The position numbers and the translations under genes were made by a program. Shown piece after piece: positions 9,183 through 18,644 of a stretch of DNA of 64,000 nucleotides. Under the pieces are notes generated by a model. The model was not told the origin of the DNA. It saw only the letters and a list, made by a program, of their open reading frames with translations, and made no database searches. Source of the stretch: Thalassospira sp. (lineage in GTDB: Bacteria; Pseudomonadota; Alphaproteobacteria; Rhodospirillales; Thalassospiraceae); assembly GCF_002709775.1 (NCBI RefSeq), contig NZ_PAQR01000043.1, positions 15,192 to 79,191 of the forward strand, written 5' to 3'. Position 1 is the stretch's first letter. Each line of letters begins with the position of its first letter.

Positions 9183-10406
9183 ATGACTGGCGCACTTTCC
9201 GGGCTTCGTGTTCTTGACCTTTCGCGTGTACTGGCCGGGCCTTGGGCCAGCCAGACCCTTGCCGATATGGGGGCAGAGGTCATCAAGATCGAACGTCCCG
9301 GTGCCGGTGATGATACCCGTGGCTGGGGCCCGCCCTTTGCCAAGGACGCTAATGGCGAAGACACGAGCGAGGCCGCGTATTACCTGACGGCGAACCGCGG
9401 CAAAAAGTCACTGACCATCGATATCACCAAGCCCGAAGGTCAGGAGATTGTGCGTAATCTTGCGGCTGAAAGTGATGTGGTGCTCGAAAACTTCAAGGTC
9501 GGTGGCCTGAAGAAATACGGGCTGGATTACGCATCGCTCTCGAAAGTGAACCCGAAGCTTGTCTATTGCTCGATCACCGGTTTTGGGCAGGACGGTCCCT
9601 ATAAGGATCGCCCGGGTTATGATTTCATGATCCAGGGCATGGGCGGGTTGATGAGCATCACCGGTGCGCCGGACAGTGCGCCGGGTGGCCAGCCGATGAA
9701 GGTTGGTGTTGCGGTTGCTGACATCTTTACCGGGCTTTACGCAACGATTGGCATACTGGCCGCCCTGCGTCATCGCGACGCAACGGGCGAGGGACAGTAT
9801 ATCGATTTGGCACTTCTGGATGTGCAGACGGCTGTTCTTGCCAATCAGGCGATGAACTATCTTGCGACCGGCAATGCGCCCGGCCGTCTTGGTAACGCAC
9901 ATCCCAATATCGTACCCTACGAAGCTTTCCCGACGGCGGATGGTTATCTGATCCTGGCCGTTGGCAATGACAGCCAGTTCAAAAGCTTCTGCGCGGTCGC
10001 CGGGCTTGATGCCTTGCCGCTTGATGAACGCTATGCCACCAACCGCAAACGTGTAGCCAACCGGGTAGAGTTGGTGCCGCTGATCCGCCAGGCGATGGTT
10101 GCCAAAACCACCGATGAATGGATCGACGCCCTTGAAAAGGCCAATGTGCCGTGCGGACCGATCAACACCCTTGATCGCGTCTTTGAAAACCCGCAGGTCA
10201 AGCATCGCGGCATGGTCAAGCAGCTTGATCACCCGACCGCCGGAACCGTTCCGACGGTTGCCAACCCGATCAAGTTTTCCAAAACGCCGATCACGGATGA
10301 AAAAGCCCCGCCGATGCTGGGTCAGCACAGCGACGAAATCCTGCGCAAGGTCGCCGATCTGAGTGACGATCAAATTGCAAAGCTGCGCGAAGCAGGAATC
10401 GTCTGA
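9183..10406 (+). CDS. Class III (CaiB/BaiF) CoA-transferase, probably succinyl-CoA:glutarate CoA-transferase
   Basis: LRVLDLSRVLAGP, IKIERPGAGDDTR, NRGKKS, ENFKVG. Lies directly after gcdH. Confidence 0.88.
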   Translation: MTGALSGLRVLDLSRVLAGPWASQTLADMGAEVIKIERPGAGDDTRGWGPPFAKDANGEDTSEAAYYLTANRGKKSLTIDITKPEGQEIVRNLAAESDVVLENFKVGGLKKYGLDYASLSKVNPKLVYCSITGFGQDGPYKDRPGYDFMIQGMGGLMSITGAPDSAPGGQPMKVGVAVADIFTGLYATIGILAALRHRDATGEGQYIDLALLDVQTAVLANQAMNYLATGNAPGRLGNAHPNIVPYEAFPTADGYLILAVGNDSQFKSFCAVAGLDALPLDERYATNRKRVANRVELVPLIRQAMVAKTTDEWIDALEKANVPCGPINTLDRVFENPQVKHRGMVKQLDHPTAGTVPTVANPIKFSKTPITDEKAPPMLGQHSDEILRKVADLSDDQIAKLREAGIV

Positions 10407-10656
10407 TCCGGGGGAGAAGTGCGCCTGGAATAACACTTGGTGATTGTGATATTTCGGCTAATCTTCTCTTTCAGTTGAATGGTGCGCTGCACATTATTTT
10501 GTAATGTGTGGTTCTGACGCAATCTGCACCAGTTTGGATGCCCTTTTGGCGAGGATATTGCGGAACTTCTGTAAATAGCGATGCTTTCGCGACCTCCGGA
10601 TTGCAAGTCTCTGTAGATTTTATATCATTTTACAAAATACAAATTCGGGGAAGTGC

Positions 10657-11751
10657 ATGTCAGAAGTAGTAATTTCAGCGCGGTCTGTTGGTAAAACATT
10701 TGGGTCAGGGGCGGATAAAGTCACCGCACTGGACTCGGTTTCCGTTGATATCTTTCAGAACGAATTTTTCACCATGTTGGGCCCTTCGGGCTGCGGCAAA
10801 ACGACTTTGCTGCGCCTGATTGGCGGGTTTGAACAGGCAACATCGGGGCAGATCCTGCTTGAAGGCAAGGAACTAAACGACCTGCCGCCGTTCAAACGGC
10901 CGATCAATACGGTCTTCCAGTCCTATGCGCTGTTCCCGCATCTGACGGTCAAACAAAACATTACATTCGGGCTTGAGATGCAGGGCATCTCGCGCAAGGA
11001 CGCCGGCGGACGCGCGGACGAAATGCTCGAACTGGTTCGATTGGCCGAATATGGTGATCGCGTACCAAGCCAGCTTTCCGGCGGCCAACAGCAACGTATT
11101 GCCCTGGCACGTGCGCTTGCACCGGCGCCAAAGGTGCTTCTGCTTGATGAGCCGCTTTCGGCCCTTGATCTTAAGCTGCGCAAGGAAATGCAGGTCGAAC
11201 TCAAACGTCTGCAGACCGAAACCGGGATTACCTTTGTCTTCGTGACCCACGATCAGGAAGAAGCCCTTGCCATGTCGGATCGTATTGCCGTCATGCAGTC
11301 GGGTGAAATTCTTCAGATCGGAGCGCCGCGCGAAATCTATGAAGCGCCAACCCATCGCTTTGTTGCGGACTTTATCGGCGACAGTAACTTCCTTGTTGGT
11401 GATCTTGTTGACGGTGGGGCAGGCAAGCGCGCCGTGAAACTTTCCGGTGGTCAGGTGATCGCCCTGACACAAGAGGTTTCCGATCAACGCACTGGCGAAG
11501 TCACTGTTTCGGTTCGCCCGGAACGCCTTGGGCTGGTTGCCGAAAGTGACGCCGGTGCGGATCAGCTGACCGGTACGGTTTCGACGGTCATCTATTTCGG
11601 GACCGATACCACCTATCAGATTGATCTTGGCAATGAGGCGCTGCTGACGGTCCGGATGCAGAATGGCTCTGGCGCGAAAGCAGATTTTGCTGAGGGCGAG
11701 CGTGTCGGGATCACCATGTCACCTGATGCCATCCGGGTACTGGCGGACTGA
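10657..11751 (+). CDS. Polyamine-type ABC transporter ATPase (PotA-like)
   Basis: Walker [31 protein letters not shown] and a TOBE-like C-terminus. Confidence 0.93.
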   Translation: MSEVVISARSVGKTFGSGADKVTALDSVSVDIFQNEFFTMLGPSGCGKTTLLRLIGGFEQATSGQILLEGKELNDLPPFKRPINTVFQSYALFPHLTVKQNITFGLEMQGISRKDAGGRADEMLELVRLAEYGDRVPSQLSGGQQQRIALARALAPAPKVLLLDEPLSALDLKLRKEMQVELKRLQTETGITFVFVTHDQEEALAMSDRIAVMQSGEILQIGAPREIYEAPTHRFVADFIGDSNFLVGDLVDGGAGKRAVKLSGGQVIALTQEVSDQRTGEVTVSVRPERLGLVAESDAGADQLTGTVSTVIYFGTDTTYQIDLGNEALLTVRMQNGSGAKADFAEGERVGITMSPDAIRVLAD

Positions 11752-11753
11752 TC

Positions 11754-12644
11754 ATGGGGAACATCATACGAACCAAACGATTTTGGCTGGTCGCACCTGC
11801 GGTGGTCTATATCGGCTTCTTCATGGCCGTGCCGCTGTTGCAGATGGCCTATGTTTCCGTGCTAGAACGGGGCGATTATGGCGGGGTGAACTGGGGGGCA
11901 TTCTCGATGGATGCCTATATCAGCTTCATCTTTGAACGTGATCTGATGGACAATCTGGTGGTCAATACCGACTACCTGCAGATTTTCGTCCGTTCGTTCG
12001 GTCTGTCGGCAATGACGACGGTGTTTGCGCTTCTGCTCGGTTTCCCTACGGCGTTTTACATTTCAACCCAACCGCAAAGCCGGCGCAACTTCTTGATCTT
12101 TCTGGTGACCATTCCGTTCTGGACCAACATTCTGGTGCGGAACTATGCGTGGATGCTTTTGCTGCGCAATGGCGGCCTGATCGATGGTGCCTTGAACTGG
12201 ATGGGGCTTGAAACCGGCGGGCTTGATGTCCTTTATACGCCTTATGCGGTCTCGATAGGTCTGACATACACCTATCTGCCGTTCATGGTTCTGCCGATTT
12301 ATGCCAGCCTTGAAAAGCTTGATCATCGACTGGTTGAGGCGGCCTTTGACCTTGGTGCGGACAAGCGCCGTGCAATGAGCCGGGTGATCTTGCCGCTTGC
12401 AGCACCCGGCATTGCTGCAGGGTGCATTCTGGTCTTCATCCCCTGCCTTGGCGCCTATGTCACGCCGGAACTTCTGGGCGGTGGCAAGTTCATGATGATT
12501 GCCAACCTGATCGGCAGCCAATTCGGGGCTGCACGTAACTGGCCGCTTGGCGCAGGTCTTGGCTTTGTGCTTCTGGCACTCGTCCTGATTTCGATGATGG
12601 TCTATTCGTTCAAGTTCAAATCATTGCCGGAGGAAAGCCGATGA
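11754..12644 (+). CDS. Polyamine-type ABC permease (PotB-like)
   Basis: Hydrophobic segments, IPFWTNILVRNYAW and the EAAFDLGA loop. Confidence 0.92.
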   Translation: MGNIIRTKRFWLVAPAVVYIGFFMAVPLLQMAYVSVLERGDYGGVNWGAFSMDAYISFIFERDLMDNLVVNTDYLQIFVRSFGLSAMTTVFALLLGFPTAFYISTQPQSRRNFLIFLVTIPFWTNILVRNYAWMLLLRNGGLIDGALNWMGLETGGLDVLYTPYAVSIGLTYTYLPFMVLPIYASLEKLDHRLVEAAFDLGADKRRAMSRVILPLAAPGIAAGCILVFIPCLGAYVTPELLGGGKFMMIANLIGSQFGAARNWPLGAGLGFVLLALVLISMMVYSFKFKSLPEESR

Positions 12645-13435
12645 AAGTCGATGCTTCCAACCCGCTGTGGCGTTTCCGTGGGATCACCTCAACGGCAATG
12701 TTTTTCTTTGCCTATCTGTACCTTCCGATCGTCGTTCTGATTGCGCTTTCGTTTAACGAAAACCGTCTGGCGACGATCTGGACCGGTTTTACAATGGACT
12801 GGTATGTCACGGCCCTTTCCAACGATGACATGCTGCGCGCCGCCCAGAACTCTATCGTTGTCGCGGTTTCGGCAACCGTTCTGGCCACCATTGCCGCCAC
12901 ATTGGCAGCAATGGGCATGTCACGCGGACGCTTCAAGGGCGAGGCGGGCGTTTCGGCCATGCTGGTTCTGCCGTTGCTCGTACCGGAAATTGTGACCGCG
13001 ATTGCGACCCTTCTGTTCTTTGTCGCGCTGGGGATCAAGCTTGGTCTTTTGACGGTGATCATTGCTCACACGGTCTTTTGCATTCCGTTTGCCTATCTGC
13101 CCATCCGTGCACGGTTGGAAGGCATGGACCCTGCATTGGTCGAAGCGGCAAACGATCTTTATGCCAATGAATGGAAAGCGTTCCGGCGTGTCACCTTGCC
13201 GTTGTTGTGGCCGGGGATTTTGTCGGGCGCGATGTTGTCCTTCATCATCTCGCTTGATGACTTTGTTATTTCCTATTTCGTTGGCGGGGCCGGCTCGACG
13301 ACCTTGCCAATCTATATCTTCGGGATGATCCGGATCGGGATCACGCCAGAGGTGAATGCTGTCTCTGCGATGATGTTGATTGTCTCAATCGTGTTTGTCA
13401 GCATCTCGTTCATGATTGATCGTATTCGCTACTGA
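12641..13435 (+). CDS. Polyamine-type ABC permease (PotC-like)
   Basis: YLYLPIVVLIALSFN, EAANDL, SLDDFVIS, TPEVNA. ATGA overlap with the upstream gene. Confidence 0.92.
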   Translation: MKVDASNPLWRFRGITSTAMFFFAYLYLPIVVLIALSFNENRLATIWTGFTMDWYVTALSNDDMLRAAQNSIVVAVSATVLATIAATLAAMGMSRGRFKGEAGVSAMLVLPLLVPEIVTAIATLLFFVALGIKLGLLTVIIAHTVFCIPFAYLPIRARLEGMDPALVEAANDLYANEWKAFRRVTLPLLWPGILSGAMLSFIISLDDFVISYFVGGAGSTTLPIYIFGMIRIGITPEVNAVSAMMLIVSIVFVSISFMIDRIRY

Positions 13436-13528
13436 TAACTGAAATTCCAAACGGGATGGCGGGTTCACCGGACGGGCCTGCCATCCGAATAACAAAATAA
13501 TGCACCGTCCTTATTTGGGAGTCTCACG

Positions 13529-14569
13529 ATGAAATTACGTTCCGCACTTCTGGGAGCATCCGCCATTGCCTTTTTGTCGGCCGGTTCGGCACAGGCAGCT
13601 GGCGATCTGTTTTTCTATAACTGGTCGAACTATTTTCCGCCGGAGCTGATGGAAAAGTTCGAAGAGGAAACCGGCATCAAGGTGACCCTTGATGTTTACG
13701 ATTCCAACGAAACCATGCTGGCAAAGCTTCAGGCCGGTGCATCGGGCTATGACATTGCTGTCGCGTCCGACTACATGGTTGACGTGATGATCAAGGAAGG
13801 CCTGGCAACCAAGTTCGATGCCAAAAGCCTTGAAAACTTCGGCAACGTCGCCAAGCCGCATGACACCATGAAATACGATCCGGAGCGCGAATACTCCGTG
13901 ACCTATCTCTGGGGCACCACCGGCTTTACCTATGACGCGGCTGCTGTTGATGGTGAGCTTGAAAACAGCTGGAAAGAATTCTTCGAACCGCGTGAAGAAT
14001 TCCGCGGCAAGATCGGCGCGCTGAACGACGAAGTCGAAATGTTCAACGCTGCGTCCTACTATGCCGGCGTTGAAAAATGCACCGAGGACCCGGCCGAAGC
14101 ACAGAAGGTCCTTGATATTCTGATGAAACAGAAGCCCTACATTGCTGTTTACAGCTCGGAAGGCACCATCGACCGTATGTCCGCCCGCGAAGTTCAGATG
14201 CACATGCAGTGGAACGGTGCTGCTCACCGTACCAAGGAAAGCATTCCGGAAGCGGTCTTTGTCTATCCGAAGGAAGGCCTGACCTACTGGGCTGACCACT
14301 TTGTCATTCCGGACGGTGCACCGAACCTCGAAAACGCCAAGACCTTCATCAACTGGATGATGAAACCGGAAAACGCGGCTGAGGCCTCGAACTATGCCGG
14401 TTACATGAACTCGATCAAGGGTACTGGTGAATTCATGGATCCGTCGCTGAATGCCGATCCGGCCGTGAACATGCCCGAAGAATATGCTGACCTTCTGATC
14501 CCGTCGCAGAACTGCTCGGTCAAGGCGCGTGATCTTCGTAACCGTGTCTGGACCAAACTTAAAAACTAA
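13529..14569 (+). CDS. Polyamine-type ABC substrate-binding protein (PotD/PotF-like)
   Basis: Signal peptide, YNWSNYF, YDSNETMLAKL, YLWGTTG. Confidence 0.92.
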   Translation: MKLRSALLGASAIAFLSAGSAQAAGDLFFYNWSNYFPPELMEKFEEETGIKVTLDVYDSNETMLAKLQAGASGYDIAVASDYMVDVMIKEGLATKFDAKSLENFGNVAKPHDTMKYDPEREYSVTYLWGTTGFTYDAAAVDGELENSWKEFFEPREEFRGKIGALNDEVEMFNAASYYAGVEKCTEDPAEAQKVLDILMKQKPYIAVYSSEGTIDRMSAREVQMHMQWNGAAHRTKESIPEAVFVYPKEGLTYWADHFVIPDGAPNLENAKTFINWMMKPENAAEASNYAGYMNSIKGTGEFMDPSLNADPAVNMPEEYADLLIPSQNCSVKARDLRNRVWTKLKN

Positions 14570-14593
14570 GTCTGGTTCGACGATTGATCTTTG

Positions 14594-14623
14594 TGATCCG
14601 GCTGTCGTCTGATGGCCGGATCA
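14594..14623 (+). terminator. Stem-loop after the binding-protein gene (terminator or mRNA stabiliser)
   Basis: TGATCCGGCTGTC-GTCT-GATGGCCGGATCA with only a weak U tail. Confidence 0.5.
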
Positions 14624-14681
14624 TGTTATTTTGCCCATAACTTTTGCGACCACCACCATTTTGATTTCAGGAACGCTGATC

Positions 14682-15614
14682 ATGACTTCGCCGGCATCCT
14701 TCCCCGAATATGTAACTCTGGCCCTGTGGGCAACCAACCTTGGTCGACCGGTGGCTGATATGGCCGGATGGGCCGATCATGTGGATGCCAAAATGGCCGA
14801 GGCCGCCCAGCAGGGTGCCAAGGTTTTCGTTCTGCCGGAATATGCCAGCGAACAATGGTTGGCCTTCAAACCCGAAGGCCTGCAAACCGGACAGGAAATC
14901 GCCTGGATGGCGGACTTCGCGCCCGAGGCACGCAAATACGCAGCCGACCTCGCCAAGAAGCACGACATGCTTCTGGTGGCCGGCAGCATGCCCTGGCACA
15001 TTGATCCCGAAAACCCGGATGCCGGGCAAACCAACAGTGCGATGATCTTCACCCCCGAAGGCGATGCGATCATTCAGGACAAACTGTCCCTGACACCGGG
15101 CGAGCAGGAGCCGGAAAACTGGAACCTCACCCCGGGCAAGAGCTTTAACGTCATTAAATGGCGCGGGCTGAATGTTGCCGTGCTGATCTGCCTTGATATC
15201 GAAATGCCGGCCTTGTCCTGCGTGCTGGCGCCGCTTGATATTGATCTGTTGCTGGTGCCGTCGATGACCCTCACACCATCGGGCTATAACCGTGTGTTCG
15301 GCTGTGCCAAGGCGCGTGCGGTTGAGCTTATGACGGTGGTGGCAGCCTGCGGTACGACCGGTGCTGCGGTCAACACCACCAACAATCCGACCAACTATTC
15401 CGGCTGCTCGGTCTTTACCCCGTGCGAACCTCAACTGGGCCATATCGGCCGCTTTGCCGAGACCGAGCCGACCTTTGATGATGGTGCCGACGGTGAACTT
15501 CTAATTTCCAAGGATGTGCCGGTGGGACTGGTGCGCTCGCTTCGTAATGGCGACGCCGAAGTCTGGCCGGGCGGCTGGACCGCAGGCCATGTTTCGGTCA
15601 ATAAAATCGGCTAA
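14682..15614 (+). CDS. Carbon-nitrogen hydrolase (nitrilase superfamily amidase)
   Basis: Glu-Lys-Cys triad seen as VLPEY, QDKLSLTP and LICLDIEMP. Confidence 0.88.
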   Translation: MTSPASFPEYVTLALWATNLGRPVADMAGWADHVDAKMAEAAQQGAKVFVLPEYASEQWLAFKPEGLQTGQEIAWMADFAPEARKYAADLAKKHDMLLVAGSMPWHIDPENPDAGQTNSAMIFTPEGDAIIQDKLSLTPGEQEPENWNLTPGKSFNVIKWRGLNVAVLICLDIEMPALSCVLAPLDIDLLLVPSMTLTPSGYNRVFGCAKARAVELMTVVAACGTTGAAVNTTNNPTNYSGCSVFTPCEPQLGHIGRFAETEPTFDDGADGELLISKDVPVGLVRSLRNGDAEVWPGGWTAGHVSVNKIG

Positions 15615-15627
15615 CATTGGCACACAG

Positions 15628-15672
15628 AAAAAACAAAGCCCTCCGGATGATGAACGTCCGGAGGGCATTTTT
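15628..15672. terminator. Bidirectional rho-independent terminator
   Basis: GCCCTCCGGAT/GTCCGGAGGGC stem flanked by A and T runs, between convergent genes. Confidence 0.8.
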
Positions 15673-15684
15673 GTTGGTGCAAGT

Positions 15685-16443
15685 TTACGACGTCAGAATG
15701 TCAGAAGACTGCATGCGCGATACGCCAGCCGTGCCCATCGCCGTCCAGGCTGCTTCGAGCGATCCGTTGAGATCAATCGCCCGGCAGGCGTCCTCGATCA
15801 CGGAAACATTCAGCCCGGCCTTGCGGGCATCCTGAGCCGACCAGCTGACACAGAAATCGGTAGCAAGTCCGCAAACATAAACGTTCTTAAGGCCGCGTTC
15901 CTGCATGTAGCCGGTAAGCCCGGTTTTGGTTTCGCCGTCCGCCTCGACAAAGGTGGAGTAGCTATCCACTTCGCTGTGATAACCCTTGCGAATGATCAGC
16001 TGTGCATGCGGGATATCAAGACCGGCAGCAAGTTTGGCATCGTCCGATCCCTGAACACAGTGATCGGGCCAAAGGACTTGTGTGCCGTAATCAAGTTCGA
16101 TGGTTTCAAACGGTGCCTTGCCCGCATGGCTTGAGGCAAAGGATGCATGACCCGGGGTGTGCCAGTCTTGGGTGAAAATCACGTTTTCAAACTGCTGACC
16201 CAGCTTGTTGATAATCGGGATGATCTGATCGCCGTCGCTCACCGGCAATGTCCCGCCGGGCAGGAAGCAGTTCTGGACGTCAATGACCAGAAGGACATCG
16301 TCCTTGTTCTTGCCAATCATGCCCGATGCAAGGGCCGTGCGCGCCGATCCCAGCAGGGATGCAGAGGCGAGCGTTCCGGCACCAATGGCGCCAAGTACGG
16401 CCAGAAACCGACGACGGTTCAGGGAATAAGAGGAATTGTTCAA
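15685..16443 (-). CDS. pncA: Nicotinamidase/pyrazinamidase with twin-arginine signal peptide
   Basis: IDVQNCF, QDWHTPGHASF, WPDHCVQG, IRKG and GLATDFCV motifs. N-terminus LNRRRFL...ARTALA. Confidence 0.9.
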   Translation of the reverse strand: MNNSSYSLNRRRFLAVLGAIGAGTLASASLLGSARTALASGMIGKNKDDVLLVIDVQNCFLPGGTLPVSDGDQIIPIINKLGQQFENVIFTQDWHTPGHASFASSHAGKAPFETIELDYGTQVLWPDHCVQGSDDAKLAAGLDIPHAQLIIRKGYHSEVDSYSTFVEADGETKTGLTGYMQERGLKNVYVCGLATDFCVSWSAQDARKAGLNVSVIEDACRAIDLNGSLEAAWTAMGTAGVSRMQSSDILTS

Positions 16444-16666
16444 GATCGCCTTCCTGATGTTGGTGGCCGACGCGTCGCTTACGATTGTCTGTTATGGTTA
16501 TTTTGCGCGGACACTTGTTATAAGTGCTTGAACGTTCCTCTGATTTCATCAGGATTGGGCGAGAACATTGCAAAGTCAAGCAACACCAGATGCTGCCTAT
16601 GCGTCAGGGGGAGGCTCCCCTGATCGCACAGTCAGGATGCCAAACACGATCAGGAGCAAGGCGACG

Positions 16667-17560
16667 ATGAAAATTGCGGTAATGGGGGCCGGGGCGGTTG
16701 GATGTTACTACGGGGCGATGCTGGCCCGGGCCGGTCATGACGTCACCCTGATCGGGCGTCCCAACCATGTCGAGGCCATGAACCGTGATGGCTTGTTGCT
16801 CGATTTCGGATCGTCGCAGGAATATGTGACGGTTACAGGCGATACGGATGCTGCCGGTGTTGCAGGCGCAGAAATGATCCTGTTTTGCGTGAAATCCACC
16901 GACACGATCGAGGCGGGGGAACAGATCAAACCGTTCCTGTCCGCCAACACCATTGTGCTTAGTCTGCAAAACGGCGTGGATAATGCCGAACGCCTCAGTG
17001 GTGTTCTGGGGCAGCCGGTTATTCCCGTTGTGGTCTATGTCGCGACCAGCATGGGCGGGCCGGGCCATGTGAAACATCATGGGCGGGGTGAGCTTGTGAT
17101 TGGCCCATCCGCGCAAAGCCAGACTGTGGTCGATACACTGGTGCCTGCGAAAATCCCGGTCGAGGTTTCAGAAAATGCTGCCGGTGCCCTGTGGGCCAAG
17201 ATGATCCTGAATTGTGCCTATAACGCGCTATCAGCCATTACCCAGCGCCCCTATGGCGAGATTGTTCAGGGCGTTGGCGTCTGGGATGTCATGCGCAACG
17301 CGGTTGATGAATGTCTGGTCGTTGCCAAGGGATGCGGTGTGAGTGTGCCGGGCGATGTCTGGGGCGCAATTGAAAAGATCGCGGAAACGATGCCCGGTCA
17401 GTTTTCCTCGACCGCACAGGATCTGGCACGTGGCAAAGCAAGCGAGATTGATTTTCTCAATGGCTATATCGTGCGCAAAGGATCGGAACTGGGGATCGCA
17501 ACCCCGACCAATCTGACCTTGCATGCCTTGACCAAATTGCAGGAAACCAAATCGGCCTAG
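16667..17560 (+). CDS. panE: 2-dehydropantoate 2-reductase (ketopantoate reductase family)
   Basis: MKIAVMGAGAVG, VKS, SLQNG, WAKMILN, SSTAQDL, EIDFLNG. Confidence 0.88.
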   Translation: MKIAVMGAGAVGCYYGAMLARAGHDVTLIGRPNHVEAMNRDGLLLDFGSSQEYVTVTGDTDAAGVAGAEMILFCVKSTDTIEAGEQIKPFLSANTIVLSLQNGVDNAERLSGVLGQPVIPVVVYVATSMGGPGHVKHHGRGELVIGPSAQSQTVVDTLVPAKIPVEVSENAAGALWAKMILNCAYNALSAITQRPYGEIVQGVGVWDVMRNAVDECLVVAKGCGVSVPGDVWGAIEKIAETMPGQFSSTAQDLARGKASEIDFLNGYIVRKGSELGIATPTNLTLHALTKLQETKSA

Positions 17561-17568
17561 ATTCCGGC

Positions 17569-18513
17569 TTACTCTGCCGGGGAGTTTGCCGGTTCGGTGG
17601 TGCCTTCGGGTGATCTTTTGAATTTGCGGGCAACTGCTGCAACGATCTGATCGTTAAACATCACCAGTGCGGCGGCGGCGACGATGAACACGCCACCCAT
17701 CAGGCTGATCGGGGCGGGCAGGACACCGAATACGACAAGATCCAGAATGATCGCCCAGATCATGGCGGTGTATTCAAACGCCGACAAGGTCGATGCCGGG
17801 GCACGTGCAAGTGCCTCGGTCATGGCGATGTGGGCGAGGCCACCCGTAATGCCAGCGCCAATTAGATAAACGATATTGTCTACTGAAAGTGGCGCCCAGC
17901 CAAACGGGATGGTCAAAAGACCGCCGATGGAACAGATCACCGCAAAGTAAAAGGCAATCGTGCCGGATGGCTCCGTGGTCGTCAGCGCCTTGATCTGCAC
18001 CTTGGCAAAGGCGGTGGTAATCGCAAAAGCCACCCCCGCCCCGATGCCGATCAGGGTGTTGTGATCCAGTCCCGGCGTGGACAGCATCGGCCACAGCATC
18101 AGGAACACACCGGCAAAACCGCCAATGGTTGCACTGATCACAAGCCAACCTGGGTTTTCACGAAGCGTAATGATCGCAACCGGGATCAGGATTAGCGGGG
18201 CCAGGAAGCCAAGGGCGGTGGCCAGTGCCAGCGGAAGATACGCCAGCGACACGAAAGCCAGAAACATCGAAATGCAGCCATAGGTGCTGCGTTTCAAATG
18301 GCCAAGCGGGCGTTTGGTACGAAGGGCTCTGGGGAACTGGTCGCGCCACATCAGATAAAGCACAATCGGGATCAGCGCGACACTGCTTCGCCAAAAGACG
18401 ATCTGGCCGGTCGGCGCTTCGAATGAGGCCAGCCGGACAAACAGGTTCATCACCCCGAACAATCCGGTCGCGGCAAGGCGTAACCCAATTCCAGACCAGA
18501 AGCTGTTCATCAT
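17569..18513 (-). CDS. DMT/EamA family transporter
   Basis: About ten hydrophobic segments in two EamA-like halves; APASTLSAFEYTAMIWA. Confidence 0.88.
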   Translation of the reverse strand: MMNSFWSGIGLRLAATGLFGVMNLFVRLASFEAPTGQIVFWRSSVALIPIVLYLMWRDQFPRALRTKRPLGHLKRSTYGCISMFLAFVSLAYLPLALATALGFLAPLILIPVAIITLRENPGWLVISATIGGFAGVFLMLWPMLSTPGLDHNTLIGIGAGVAFAITTAFAKVQIKALTTTEPSGTIAFYFAVICSIGGLLTIPFGWAPLSVDNIVYLIGAGITGGLAHIAMTEALARAPASTLSAFEYTAMIWAIILDLVVFGVLPAPISLMGGVFIVAAAALVMFNDQIVAAVARKFKRSPEGTTEPANSPAE

Positions 18514-18644
18514 GTTTATCCCGAATGGTGGCCGGTCATCTGACCTGCGTTCAGGAGTATCGCAAGTTCAGAAAGGGCAATACTGATAAATTTTCATGTC
18601 TGACCGCATGATAATTCAATGCACTCGCAGGGAGACCAGTCGCA

